Of a stretch of 64,000 bases of DNA, positions 1-12,745 are shown one piece after another. This stretch comes from Octopus vulgaris (Eukaryota): assembly GCA_951406725.2 (NCBI GenBank), contig OX597818.1:4774001-4838000 (forward strand). The letters are read 5' to 3'. The translations under genes and the position numbers were made by a program. Numbering within the stretch: position 1 is the first letter of the stretch; every line of letters begins with the position of its first letter. Below the pieces are notes generated by a model. The model ran no database searches. It saw nothing but the letters and a program-made list of their open reading frames with translations, and was not told the origin of the DNA.

Positions 1-165
1 ATACCGATCGAACCACAGTGACATGCTATTTGTACACTATATTTAACTTTTTAAAGCTACTTCTACAGATTTTCTGTAGAAATTATAACTAGTGAAAGTT
101 ACAATGTTTCGTATACGAATATATCTATGTAAACAATGCGATCGAAGATAGAAAAATAGACAATG

Positions 166-210
166 GATGTATATGTATATTTCAGGAATCCTTGCTCCTT
201 CTTCAGCACC
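166..210 (-). ncRNA. Minimal type I hammerhead ribozyme motif
   Basis: Minus strand: GGTG-CTGAAGA-AGGA(gcaaggat)TCCT-GAAA-TA(taca)TA-TA-CATC. Core intact, 4-bp stem II, short stem III, 4-bp stem I with one GU pair. Confidence 0.6.
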
Positions 211-1777
211 ACATCCAACCCAGTAACCATCCAGGAACACATTGCTTAAATAGCAATCAAATATAGCAGTGTAATACAATTGGACATACCAATATTACAT
301 AATAGATATATTCCTGGCAACTGGTGCCTATATATCAATTGCTACTAAGGACACCGTATTTCGTTATACAACCAAGTATATTCAAGACTTAATTTAATTT
401 CAGTTTGTATTCTATTTCTGCATTTTAGGTAGTAATATTCGTATATATGTTTGAAACTAGATCTAAGTTCGTTCAACTATTCATGCTCTTTTGTTATTTC
501 ACAGATTTCTAATGATAAGTTTTAGTGGATTTACGCATGCTTGTAGTATGTGCAGTATGTGCACTTGCACATACTGCCTTATTATTCTATACCCTAAGCC
601 ACTTAAGCCAATTTTTCCAATTTTTTTTACTCTTTGCTATAATCAGTATTCTTCTTACCCATATTGCTATGCTTTTTAGGTAGAAGGGGCACGGTGCTAC
701 TTCTATAATGAGGGAAAGTTTCTTTTTTCCTAATTAAAGCACATCATTTAGTGAACACCCATTAGTAGAACTTTTTAAAAAGAAAACCAAATAAATAACC
801 CCTCCAAATATCTTCTTTTCTTCGATTGTAACCACCGCAAATTTAAAATGGCGGAATCAAAAGTTGTAGCAAAGTCTAAAAAAGCTAAGAAAAATTTATT
901 TTATAAAATAAAACCTTTGTGCATGCGTGATTTTAAGTTTTTACTTTAATTTAGTATCAAAAATTCTATCCGTTTCAAACTACGATAACTCCCATAATGT
1001 TAGATAGTGTTAGATTTTGCAAAAATTTGCAAAATACTTAGATTATAAATACATTTTGCTATATTTATAGCGACAATAATAATAACCTCCATCGGAGCGT
1101 ATTGTTTTCAAAACGTACGACTGTGAAGCATCTAAAAGTACAAAAGTTAACATTTTTGTTATATCGAAAAACCCTATACATTAAATTATGTACTTAGCGC
1201 AGAGAATAACATTTTCTTTAGCTTTAGAAATAGCGGTGAACAGTACTGTAAGTCCATGGTTGCCTGTTGATAGTTAATACGATTAGGCTGTTTCTTGAAT
1301 TATGCGCCAGGTTTTAAGATTTGCTCACTTTCATTCATCGAAAACAATCTTTCACAAAACACAATGCATATTTCAGAAATTGGAAAAGAAAAATGAAAAT
1401 CAGATGCGCCAAGCATAATTCTTACTTAACACGCAACTTTTCCGGAAAATGTAACTGTGTCAGCTGCCAGTGGACTCAAGTGACATTCATCATTCAGATT
1501 TCGAGAACTTTAGTGTGGTTTTGTGCAGTTCTAAAGAGCGCCGTTTTCTGTAGATGTTTTATCTTCACATTTCCTCCTATCTTTTCAGTCCAGCAATGCG
1601 TGCAACACTCTCCGTTTCCAATGAACACAGTCTTTTTAATTTCCACTTCAAATTATCATATATGAGCTTCTTTCTTTCTTTTCTTTCGGATACAATATCA
1701 TCACCAGAAGTTGCAAAATCTATGATTACAGAGATTTTGCTTCATTCACAACCATTATATACACCTTTTGATGTTTA

Positions 1778-2520
1778 ATTATCAATGATGGTCGTCTTTC
1801 TTGTGTCTTCAACCCTGAGTAGGTCATGAGATATGCCAGGACACATGGTCCTGACGTTCCAACTTCCTAACCGCAGGACTGGTGATTTCTTGTCTTTTGA
1901 TTGTTTGCCTGGTGCAGAGGTTGCAGACCGTTTTTAAAGTCAAACTCTTAGCTCCAAGCACCCAATAAAGCAGGCGGCCTGTCGTGGGTCAGTACCTTAT
2001 TAACTGGGGGCTACCCAGCTTGAGGTGGGCAGTAGCTAACCAGTAGGACACGAGGGTCCCTCCCACCGTCAGAGGTAACCCCTAGCGTCCATATCCTACG
2101 GCAATCTGAATGGACTTATCACTCGTGACTGCTACCGCCCATACTTTTTCAGTCACTTTTTACAGCAGCATTGAAGTGTCCTCTCCTGTTCTGCGCAGGC
2201 CTGGGCTAGATATAAGAAAATCCTGGGTAGCCCAATCGTCAGGATTCCTCTCTCGACCTTGCTGACGTAGTCCAAATGAGTGCAGAGCATTACGTTTGGC
2301 ACCAGTTTGGTTGCAGGAGCTGCTGGAAGAGTGTCGAGTCGAACACTAAACCGCCTACGGGGCTCGTCTCCGGATTTCTTTGAAGGTTGTCTCCTTTCTG
2401 TAACCTTGGATAGGGGCTCATACCGGGTACTGTCAGCCGGAGCCAGCTGAGCCCGGGACTCGTGTCAGGCAGGGTCGTCACTCCCTGAAGTAGTGAAGAA
2501 AATCGCTACCCACTACCTGT
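1778..2520 (-). mobile_element. RTE-clade LINE, 5' fragment (5'UTR plus start of APE endonuclease)
   Basis: Minus strand translates APGKQSKDKKSPVLRLGSWNVRTMCPGISHDLLRVEDTRKTTIIDN*, containing the WNVRT motif of APE domains, after a GC-rich leader. Confidence 0.75.
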
Positions 2521-2594
2521 ATTTAATAAGGATACAGTATTAATTACTGCCACTAAATATTCTACAGCCACCTTCGCATTCCATGACTACAACG

Positions 2595-3101
2595 AGGATC
2601 TTATATCAAGATAAACAGCACATGACCTTGCAGGTGGGGCCTATGTAGAATTTTCTTCAGGTCGAGTAGCCCATCCGTTCAAAACGTTCCTGAATAAGGG
2701 TTGTTTGAGGATGTTGAACGAAACACCTATATTTCTAGAGGTGAATTATCCAATCCCCAAGAGATTCCTCTCAATACATAACTATGATGCTCCCCTACTA
2801 CTTCTGCTCGTGGTCAAAGATGCACATATCGTCAGCCACTAAAGGACATGGTCAACTGGTTAAGGTCAAACAACTGACAAGCAAATCTGTGGTATTGAGC
2901 AGCATATTTGCTGTAGCCCATATTTTATATCAAGACAAAACAATGTACATGATAACACTTCCAATCAGTTAAGATCAGAAGCCATAGGGGCCACTGCCTG
3001 GTACTGCATCCGGGCTAAATTGCTACATTTGCTGTAGCCCATCTTTTATATCAAGACAAAGCAATGTACATGAGAGCCACTGCTTGGTACCGCACCAGCG
3101 C

Positions 3102-3105
<4 letters not shown>
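2595..3105. repeat. Unclassified interspersed repeat ending in (ATT)n; partial second copy at 31107-31440
   Basis: TAGAATTTTCTTCAGGTCGAGTAGCCC...AAATCTGTGGTATTGAGCAG...ACAATGTACATGATA aligns with 31107-31440. Internal duplication 2905-3015 / 3026-3100. Confidence 0.7.
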
Positions 3106-3149
<44 letters not shown>

Positions 3150-3155
3150 TATTAT

Positions 3156-3808
3156 TGTCATTTACTTTTAATCTGCATGTTTGATGCAATCACCTGCCGG
3201 GGCACACCCAGCGCCCTAGGGCAAGTGAAGGTTAAGAGTTGTTGAAATATAGCTGAAAGCTTGGGGAGGGGAAGTAGAGAAATATCTCCATGTAATACAA
3301 ACACAAACATTTACATTGATAGGGTTTTTCTAAGGATGTGGGCAGTACTTGTTAGCACAATCTTTTGGATTTCCTTGAGACATGGTTTTCCAGGGATATT
3401 GTCTAGGTGTTTCTGACATCCCTTTTTTATCATACCTAGGGCACCTACAATAACAGGAACAGTTTTTGTTTTAAGATTCCACATCCTCTGTATTTCGATT
3501 TCCAGGTCCTTATATTTACTAAGTTTGTCAAATTCCTTGACAGATACATTTTTATCAGTGGGGACGCTTACTTCTATTAGTCTGCAGGTATTTTCTTCCC
3601 TGTCTTTAACAATTATGTCTGGTCGATTAGCCTTGATCGTTCTGTCAGTGTTGACTGGAAAATCCCAGAGGATGGTGACATCTTTACCTTCAACAACTGG
3701 CTGAGGATGGTGTTCATACCAGTTAGCAGGAGTGTCGGATTTGTAGTGTTTACATATCTTCCAATGTATATACTGTCCTACCCTATCGTGGCGATTTTTG
3801 TATTCGTT
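3156..3808 (-). mobile_element. R4/Dong-like RLE retrotransposon, family A, 5'-truncated
   Basis: NEYKNRHDRV...RPDIIVKD...LIEVSVP...KLSKY (restriction-like endonuclease) plus 3'UTR. Near-identical to 36306-36965. (ATT)n on both flanks. Confidence 0.92.
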
Positions 3809-3809
3809 T

Positions 3810-3849
<40 letters not shown>

Positions 3850-3920
3850 CTATTACTATTACTATTACTATTATTATTACTATTACTATTATTATGATTA
3901 TTATTATGATTATTATTATG

Positions 3921-3974
<54 letters not shown>

Positions 3975-4090
3975 TTTATTAATATTATTATTATTATCAT
4001 TATTGTTGTTGTTGTCGTTGTTGTTGTTTTTGTTGTTACTATTGTTGTTGTTGTTGTTGTTGTTGTCATAATGGTGGTGATGATGATGAG
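3809..4090. repeat. Compound (ATT)n/(GTT)n/(GAT)n microsatellite
   Basis: Seen directly. Confidence 0.95.
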
Positions 4091-4242
4091 ATAGCACCAT
4101 CTTCCTCATCCTCACCAATAGCATCGTTAGCGTCGTCTAGTCATCATAGTTGTTATCAAACATCATTAGACTACAATATTTTATATTTGATTATATTAAA
4201 TTTTCCCCCTACTCTGTCTCTGATTCTGTACATACGCACACT

Positions 4243-4295
<53 letters not shown>

Positions 4296-5431
4296 GCACA
4301 CACACACACACATACACACACACACTAACACAAATACATACACATATGTATGCGCATGTGTGCATGTACAAAATGAAGCATAGATATACATTAGTGCATG
4401 CACCATCACATAGACATACATGATCATATCTATAGCTAGCAGCCAAATAATATAAAAAAGAAGGGTAATAAAAAATTTTAGAAATGTTTATTTTCTGATA
4501 TATGTTATTGATTTTTTAAATTCAACATCTTTCTTATCTTTGCTGCTAAAATAAGAGAAATATATTCTTTGATGAGCCTTTGCATTAATCAAGTTAACAC
4601 GGAAAACACTTATTATCACTTTATATAATCTCGGATAAAAGTTGAAAAGCAATATAAATACAAAACAGTGATAAAAAAAAGTTGCGAAAGCTAGTTGCAG
4701 TGGTAGGAACATCAATATTCACAACTATGATGCAAAACTACAATTTTAACGGCGATCAACAGAAATGTCAATGATGAAGTAAAAGTATTTTATGAAATAT
4801 TGGAAAGTAATTATAGTTTTCTTAGAAACTCTCTTCTACAAGCTGAGTGATTTATCATATAGTGACGAAAAGATGGATAAGGGAGGGAAATGAGTATGAT
4901 GTGATTTTGTTCTCAGTTGCCGCATTGTTTACCGCGCAAACGAAATATTTGGATATATATTTTGTACCTTATTAATATCTCGAACAGTTTTAAGCTGATT
5001 ACTACACATTAATACCGAGGAAATAGAATTGTTATCTTGATACATTGAAAATCGATATTGAAATCTAAAAAGGAAATTAGATTTACTATAATTATCGAAC
5101 AATAATTTCAATAATTTTCTTTTTTTTTCTCAAATTAAGTAGAGGCAATTATTACATGCTTTAGGAAAGACTAAATATGAAAGCAGAATAAAATAAAATT
5201 AATTAAAGCTGAACAGAAATGATGCATAAATTCGTGTATCAATCTTCTACGTATATTGCATCAGCTGTGTATATTTGTTTTCAAAAAACATGCGCGTACA
5301 TAAACATGACTTATGTGATAGCAAACACCGGGGAAATGAAAGCAATTTCGAAAATTGATGTATGTAAGAGCAGAAAATTATATAAATTACATAGTATATA
5401 TAAACAGACAACATTAGGTTTGAATATATGC

Positions 5432-5433
<2 letters not shown>

Positions 5434-5494
<61 letters not shown>

Positions 5495-5570
5495 CATACA
5501 CACACATATATATGTGTGTGTGTGTATGTGTGCGTGTCCGCATATGTGTCTGTGTGTATATATATGTGTG

Positions 5571-5648
<78 letters not shown>

Positions 5649-5756
5649 GTATCTATACATAATTTATATTATATATATATATATATATACATATATGTAA
5701 ACACACACTTATAATCGTAAATGTGTATACATGTATAAATCCCTGTGTATATATGA

Positions 5757-5829
<73 letters not shown>

Positions 5830-5940
5830 TACATATGTATATTTTTTACTTGTGTATATGATCGTAAATAAATATGTATATGTATGTATGTATGTGTGTG
5901 TGTGTGTGTGTGTTTGCATATGTGTGTTTGTATGTATATG
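5434..5940. repeat. (TA)n/(TG)n microsatellite cluster
   Basis: Seen directly. Confidence 0.95.
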
Positions 5941-6054
5941 AATTCTATTTAAATCTACAATGAAAGTATGAAGCGAGAAATGACATTAAACTGAATTAAC
6001 AGCTTACATTTGTAAGAAGGACTTCGCTAGGTAAAGGGAAATTGAATTATATGA

Positions 6055-6072
6055 ATAATGATAATAGCAATA

Positions 6073-6110
<38 letters not shown>

Positions 6111-6211
6111 AATGATGTGGGTGAGCAGCAGCAGAAAGAAGGAGGAGGAGAGGGGGGAAGAAGAGGAGGAGAAGGAGAAGAAGAAGAAGAAGAAAGAGAA
6201 GAAGGAGAAGG

Positions 6212-6281
<70 letters not shown>

Positions 6282-6320
6282 GAAGAAGAAGAAGAAGAAG
6301 AAGAAGAGGAGGAAGAAGAG
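6055..6320. repeat. Compound triplet repeat (GAT)n-(GAR)n-(AAT)n-(AAG)n
   Basis: Seen directly. Confidence 0.95.
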
Positions 6321-7062
6321 GTTGAGCCCTCAGTAAGGAAATCCCTGACACAGTGAGAACTGGAAGGCATCAGAAATAGATATGGTCTCCAACTCTAGGT
6401 TGAAACTCCTCACCAATACCCATGAACTCATAGCGGCTGCACGTAACAAAATGCATAACAGATCAGTCTCATCACTTGGCTGGATGCTAGTAAGGATAAA
6501 AACACTCTAACCCCACAAGCAAAACGCTATACACCCTCAAATTTATAGACCAGTAACATGCCCATCACTAACATCTAAAGCTCTCATATCAATAGCGCAC
6601 AATCGGTCAGTTACACATTGAGAAAACAATAATACTTTACCAGAACAAAAAAGGCACCGGAAGGTTTTGCATAGTTGCAAAGTGTAGCTAGTGCTGAACT
6701 GGGCCTTTATAGAAAATTGTAAAAAGGAAACCAAACCTCTCTATAGTATGGATTGACTATCAGAAAGCTTTCGATAGTCATGGTCACTAGAATCATGCCA
6801 CATAAATGAAATAGTCCTAATATTGCTGAAGTGTATCAGTGGTGCGATGATAAAGTAGAAAACTAACCTAATATTGAAAAAATGGGAGAAGTCCATTCAA
6901 ACCAGCCCTGTGTCCTTAAAAATGGGAATTTTCTAAGGAGTCTCATTATCCTCCCTACTTTTCTTCCTTTACGACTCACCACCCGGTACATATACTATGG
7001 ACAAATTATAAATTATCTCATGTATAGGGTCGACTTTAAATCTTTTTAATGAATAAAAGCAA

Positions 7063-7420
7063 TTCTTTTATTCTTTTACTTGTTTCAGTCATTTGACTGT
7101 GGCCATGCTGGAGCACCGCCTTCAGACGAACAAATTGACCCCAGGACTCATTTTTTGTAAGCCTAGTACTTATTCTATCAGTCTCTTTTGCCGAACCGCT
7201 ATGTTACGGGGACATAAACACATCAACATCGGTTGTCAAAGGATGGCGGGGGGGGGGAGAGGCAAACACAGACACATACAAATATACACACACACGCACA
7301 CGCACACACATACACACACACAAACACATATACGACGGGCTTCTTTCAGTTTCCGTCTACCAAATCCACTCACAAGTGGTTGGGAAGCAAGCTTCTTATC
7401 AAACAGCCACTCATGCGCCT
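7063..7420 (-). mobile_element. tRNA-derived SINE S1, internally deleted
   Basis: Tail GGCGGTGCTCCAGCATGGCC..GTCAAATGACTGAAACAAGTAAAAGA and head match the other S1 copies. Confidence 0.85.
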
Positions 7421-7431
7421 ATGTGGGAAAT

Positions 7432-7847
7432 TATTCTTTTATTCTATTTTTCTTTTACATGTTTCAGCTATTTGACTGTGGCCATGCTGGAGCACCACCT
7501 TAAAGGCTTTTTTAGTCGAAGAAAGCGACCCCAGGACTTGTTCTATCGGTCTCTTTTGCTGAAATGTTAACGGGATGTAAACACACCAACATCGGTTGTC
7601 AAGCGATGGTATGGGGACAAACACAGACGCAAAGACACACACACATAAATATCTATACACACACACATATATATATATGTATACGACGGGCTTCATTCAG
7701 TTTCCGTCTACTAAATCCACTCACAAGGCTTTGGTCGGCCCGAAGTTATAGTAGAAGACACTTGTCCAACGTGCCACGCAGTTGAACTGAACCTGGAGCC
7801 ATGTGGTTGGGAAGTGAGCTTCTTACCACACAGCCATTCATGCGCCT
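7432..7847 (-). mobile_element. tRNA-derived SINE S1
   Basis: A-box-like TGGCTGTGTGG, B-box-like GGTTCAGTTC, internal microsatellite, S1 tail. Confidence 0.85.
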
Positions 7848-7991
7848 ATGTCAATTTCAGCACAGACATATGGATGAGCATAAAATGTACCAAGTCAACT
7901 TTGAGAATAGATAAATTAACCAGCACTGAGAATATAGCACTAGCCATAGACACTGAAATTAGAAAATTAGGCCACAATCACTTATAAAATA

Positions 7992-9260
7992 CGAGGGGCG
8001 TTCAATAAGTAATGCCTCTGACCCACTTGCAGTTGTTTGATCTAGCTGAAAGTTTGCATGTGCAATTATTTATATCTCTATAGATTAAGTGGCAAATTAC
8101 AGCTCTGAACTAATTGTGGTTCTGATTTACAGGTGTTTGAACTGAGTCAAGTGTGAAACGGAGCCTGTTGAGTGTCGAGCAGTGATGCGGTTTTTGTATT
8201 TGAAAGGACGCACACCACGGGAGACTTTTGATGAAATAAAAGTAACTTATGGTGATGATGCCCATCATATGACCTTGTAAAACGCTGGCATCGTGAATTC
8301 AAACATGGTCGGAACTCTGTGGAAACAGCTCCCAGATCTGGTCGCCCCCTTCTGCCATTGATGAGGCATCTGTCCGTCAAGTTGAGGCTGCCATTTTGGA
8401 AGATCGACGCATAATTATTCGCCAAATAGCCCATGAGGTCAAGATTAGTACCGGGTCTGTGGAAACTATCATTCATGACCATTTGCATATGCAAAAGGTG
8501 TCTGCCAGATGGATTCCCAGGCTGCTCACGCCTTTCCAGAAGCAAGAACGCGTCGATTGCGCGAGGATGAATTTGAAGATGTGCCAAGAAGATGAGTCAA
8601 AATTTTTCAAAAGACTGATTACACAGGATGAAACCTGGGTCCATCACTATGATCCAGAGACCAAAGCCCAGTCAATGCAGTGGAAGCACCGTGATTCACC
8701 TCCTCCAAAGAAGGCAAGGGTGCAGCCATCCGCTGGCAAGGTCATGCTCACAGTCTTCTGGGACCAGGACGGAGTAGTGATGACAGATTTCTTGGCAAAG
8801 GGTGCCACAATTACAGGAGAGGAAATTAAGAGAAGCTATCAAAATCAAGAGGCGGGGCAAGATCAGCAAAGGCATCCTCCTCCTGCAGGACAACGCTCCG
8901 GTCCACAACTCGCGTGTCGCCAGATCAGAAGCACAGGCGTGCAGCTATGAACTCATCCCCCATTCTCCCTACTCTCCTGACCTGCACCCTTTGATTTTCA
9001 CCTCTTCCCAGCCATGAAGTTGTTTTTGAAAGGAAAGCGTTTCCCAGATGATGCAGCCTTGATTTCTGAAGTCACGTCGTGGTTGGAGGACCAAGCTGGA
9101 GTCGTCTATAAAAACGGTCTTCAGAGCTGCATCAAACGATGGGAGAAATGCGTAACTCTGGGTGGTTCCTATGTAGAAAAATACTAATAACTGTGCCAAG
9201 TTTCGTTGCTCTACTGCTATGGGAAGTGGGTCAGGGGCATTACTTATTGAACGCCCCTCG
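7992..9260 (+). mobile_element. Mariner (DD34D) transposon, full length, inactive
   Basis: TIR CGAGGGGCGTTCAATAAGTAATGCC at both ends, TA duplication (7990-91, 9261-62). Motifs WIPRLL, ITQDETW, QDNAPVH, PYSPDL. Start codon mutated to ACG, frameshifts, ~20-bp deletion near 8820. Confidence 0.95.
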
Positions 9261-9409
9261 TACAACACACAGAAATGAAAGAAAAAGTATGGAAGAGTAC
9301 TGCAGAAAAGTTAGACTAATGCTAAAATTTGGACTTAATGCTAGAAGATAAGGTTAAGTATGCTACTTATACCAGTTATAAATTTTAGAAGAAAAAAAAC
9401 CAAACAAAT

Positions 9410-9817
9410 AGGTGCAGGAGTGGCTTTGTGGTAAGTAGCTTGTTTACCAACCACATGTTTCCGGGTTCAGTCCCACTGCGTGGCACCTTAGCTAAGTGTC
9501 TTCTACTATAGCCTCGGGCCGACCAAAGCCTTGTGAGTGGATTTAGTAGACGGAAACTGAAAGAAGCCCGTCGTATATATGTATATATATATATATGTGT
9601 GGGTTTGTGTGTCTGTGTTTGTCCCCCTAGCATTGCTTGACAACCGATGTTGGTGTGTTTATGTCCCCGTTACTTAGCGGTTCGGCAAAAGAGACCGATA
9701 GTATAAGTACTGGGCTTACAAAAGAATAAGTCCCGGGGTCGAGTTGCTCGATTAAAGGCGGTGCTCCAGCATGGCCGCAGTCAAATGACTGAAACAAGTA
9801 AAAGAGTAAAAGAGTAA
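9410..9817 (+). mobile_element. tRNA-derived SINE S1, full length
   Basis: GGTGCAGGAGTGGCTTTGTGGTAAG...GGTTCAGTCCC head, internal (TA)n(TG)n, (AAAAGAGT)n tail. Confidence 0.9.
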
Positions 9818-10479
9818 ACAAAAAAATAAATAGGAAACAGTTAACAGTGTATCGAAGTCATCAGCCCAAGCAGATTTAGATAGAATCTATCTTGCTTTCT
9901 AGGAGGATATGATCTCACGCAAACAGAAATTTACTATGAAATAACAACAGTCAGACTGGAAAAATGTTTAGAAACTAAGAATGCCAAGCATTACCTTATG
10001 AGGCTAACAGTATTAGTAGTGAAAATATCATTACTGGTGATCTGCGTTTATGTCAACCCGAAGAGCTTATATAAGAGGACTCACAGGAACATACACTCAT
10101 ACGCTTGATGTCACAATGCCACCCAACAAAATAAGTGGACAGACAAAAATTCCTGAACTGAATGCCAGTCTGCTGCAAGGCCGAGCTTATGGTGGTGATT
10201 GACGGTGCTTTGTTAAGTACCAAGTTCTGCCGACAAAGTACTTGTGCTTGGCTGTTCAAGCATTTGAACCAAGGTCTCATCTTCCGGGTTTTTACATCAA
10301 TGGTTTAAATCTCATCAAATGTTCAATCAAATACACAGCCTTCCATGATTGTTTCCACTTGTCATTTAGAAATATATTCGTTGACCGATAATTTAATAAC
10401 TGTTTTTGTAAGTTGTTGAAGTTATGTAAATGGCCCAGCAGCTCCCTGAAATTACAGCTAATTTGAAATATATATTTTT

Positions 10480-10687
10480 TTCTTTTATTCTTTTACTTGT
10501 TTCAGTCATTTGATTGTGGTCATGCTGGAGTACTGCCTTTAGTCGAACTGCCTTTAGTCGAAAAGATCGACCTCAGGACTTATTCTTTGTAAGCCTAGAG
10601 TACTTATTCTATCGGTCCCTTTTGCCGAACCGCAATATATCGGGGACGTAAACACAGCAACACAGGTTGTCAAGCAGTGGGGGACAG

Positions 10688-10773
<86 letters not shown>

Positions 10774-10940
10774 ACACGACGGGATTCTTTCGGTTTATGT
10801 CTACCAAATCCACTCACAAGGTTCTGGTCGGCCCGAGGCTATAGTAGAATACACTTGTCCAATGTGTCATGCAGTGGGACTGAACTCAGAACCGTGTGGT
10901 TGGAAGGCAAGCTTCTTACCACACAATCACGCCTGTGCCT
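10480..10940 (-). mobile_element. tRNA-derived SINE S1 with long internal (CA)n
   Basis: Aligns with the other S1 copies. Confidence 0.85.
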
Positions 10941-11158
10941 ATATATTCTCTTATTCTCAATTTTTCTTTCACTTACATGCATATATGTATACATGTATAC
11001 ATACATGCATGCCTGTATACATACATACATGCATACATACACATACACAAACATACATATATACATACATACATACATACATACATAATACACACATAAA
11101 ATACATACATGTTCACATACATACATGCCATACTTACATGAATACATACTTACTCATA

Positions 11159-12451
11159 CGAGGGTGGGCTGATAAGTTCATAGGCTGACTATGAAGGTGT
11201 GATACTAAGGCAGTGAAATCTTGCATGCATTAATTTCAACTCTTCTTGTCAATAACTGCATGGTTTCTTATAGGTAAACTGACATCGGATTATTTAAATA
11301 ACACTTCAAATGTAACTACTTGTGACTTCTCTGGAAAATGGACAAAATTTGGCATCGTGGTCTTATCAAGTATCTGCGGAAAAAGGCTTTAGCCCAAAGG
11401 ACATTCATACTGACAGGTTTGTTACATTAGGGGATGACACCCCAACTGTATCAACTGTTCAAAAGTGGGTAGCTGAATTTTGAAGGGGAGGGGAGAGTAT
11501 TGAAGATGACTCAAGATCTAGAAGACCTGAAACTGCCACTACCGAGAACATTGATCGTGTTCACCACATAACGATGGCTTAGAGACAATTGGCTATAAAC
11601 CAAATAACCGATGTTATTAGCGTATCCTGTGAGGAACTTGAGAATATTCTGCAAAATGAACATGACATGATGAAAGTTTCTGCTCGGTGGGTGCTACATC
11701 TTCTAACATCCGACCGAAAGTGCACCAGGCTGATTACATCACGGAAAAAAATTGACATTGTTTGAGGCAGATCCAGCTTGTTTTCCTTCAATGTTTCCCG
11801 AGCTAGGATGAGTGTTGGGTTCATAATTTTGAATCAGAGACAATGAGACAATCCATGCAGTGGAAACACCCGTTCTCACCTGCGCCAAAGAAGGCCAAGG
11901 TTGTTTCATCTTCGGGGAAACAGATAGTCTCAGGTTTTGGGAAGCAGACGACCTCAGGTTTTGCGTTTATTGACTATCTTCAAAAGAGCCACATCATCAA
12001 TGGAGAGTACTATGCCAACTTGCTGAGGTAGTTACGAAAGGCTATCAATTCCAAACACCCAAGAAAACTGATGAAAGGGCTCTCATATCACCAGGAGAAA
12101 GCTCCAGCACACACGCCCTTGGTTTCAATGGCAGCTGTGCATGTCTGTAGTTTTGAACTGGTTGATTCTTCTGATTTGATCCCATCTCACTATGATCAGT
12201 TTCCCAAAATGAAAAAACACTTGACTGGGAAGTAGTATCGCAGTGCACTGTGATTATGACGCCATATCTGCCGTTGATGATGCTTTTGACCAACAGGATG
12301 AAAGCTTCTACATCAATGGGATCGAAGCACTGCAACACTGACGGAAGAAGTGTGTGGACCGCGAGAGAGACTATGTTGAAAGATAAATCTCATTTGGTCA
12401 CATCTCATGAAAGTATCTTGGTCATCCTATGAACTTTTCAGCCGACCCTCG
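11159..12451 (+). mobile_element. Second mariner family, full length, degenerate
   Basis: TIRs CGAGGGTGGGCTGATAAGTTCATAGG / CCTATGAACTTTTCAGCCGACCCTCG with TA flanks. MDKIWHRG start (11338), KVSARWVLHLL, RQSMQWKHP..PAPKKAKV, INGEYYANLL. Confidence 0.9.
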
Positions 12452-12525
12452 TACATATATGATTTTGATTTTTGATTTTGATTTTTCCAGTTTCAGCTAA
12501 TGAGCTGTGGCCATGCTGGGGCACC

Positions 12526-12577
<52 letters not shown>

Positions 12578-12582
<5 letters not shown>

Positions 12583-12745
12583 TTATATATAGAGGGCATT
12601 ATTATACATAATGCCCTCTATATATAAATTAATATGTTCAATAAGAAAGAATTATTTTCGAAATTTTTCTCTTATGAGGTTTTTCACGCTATCTACCTGA
12701 TAATTTCTTATTAAGATTCCTTATTAAGATGTTATCCTTAATTGT
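12578..12745 (+). mobile_element. Short hairpin-capped element in (TA)n, related to 15585-15690
   Basis: Palindrome ATTTATATATAGAGGGCATT..AATGCCCTCTATATATAAAT followed by TTTTTCTCTTAyGAGGTTTTTCACGCTA..CTGATAATTTCTTAT, shared with 15620-15690. Confidence 0.55.

Larger units (their letters stand above)
6340..10150 (+). mobile_element. Old degenerate R4/Dong-like RT fragment, split by three SINEs and a mariner
   Basis: Remnant motifs YRPVTC (6544), WIDYQKAFDS (6749), GIF*G..LSSLLF (6924), EMKEKV...YCRKVRLMLK (9270) and ADLDRIYL (9870), collinear with the intact copy. Confidence 0.65.

Noticed and set aside
186-226. Possible terminal exon (TTTCAG|GA ATC CTT GCT...TAA)
   Set aside because: Only 12 codons with no homology, and better explained as the antisense of the hammerhead motif.
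3311-4069. 252-aa ORF with poly-Thr/poly-Ile N-terminus resembling a membrane-anchored nuclease
   Set aside because: Chance read-through from the microsatellite into a truncated retrotransposon.
8147-9268. Minus-strand ORFs within the mariner, repeated at 28917-29981
   Set aside because: Antisense shadows of the transposase; they recur only because the element is repeated.
9410-9485. tRNA gene
   Set aside because: SINE head with A/B boxes but no complete cloverleaf, continuing into the SINE body.
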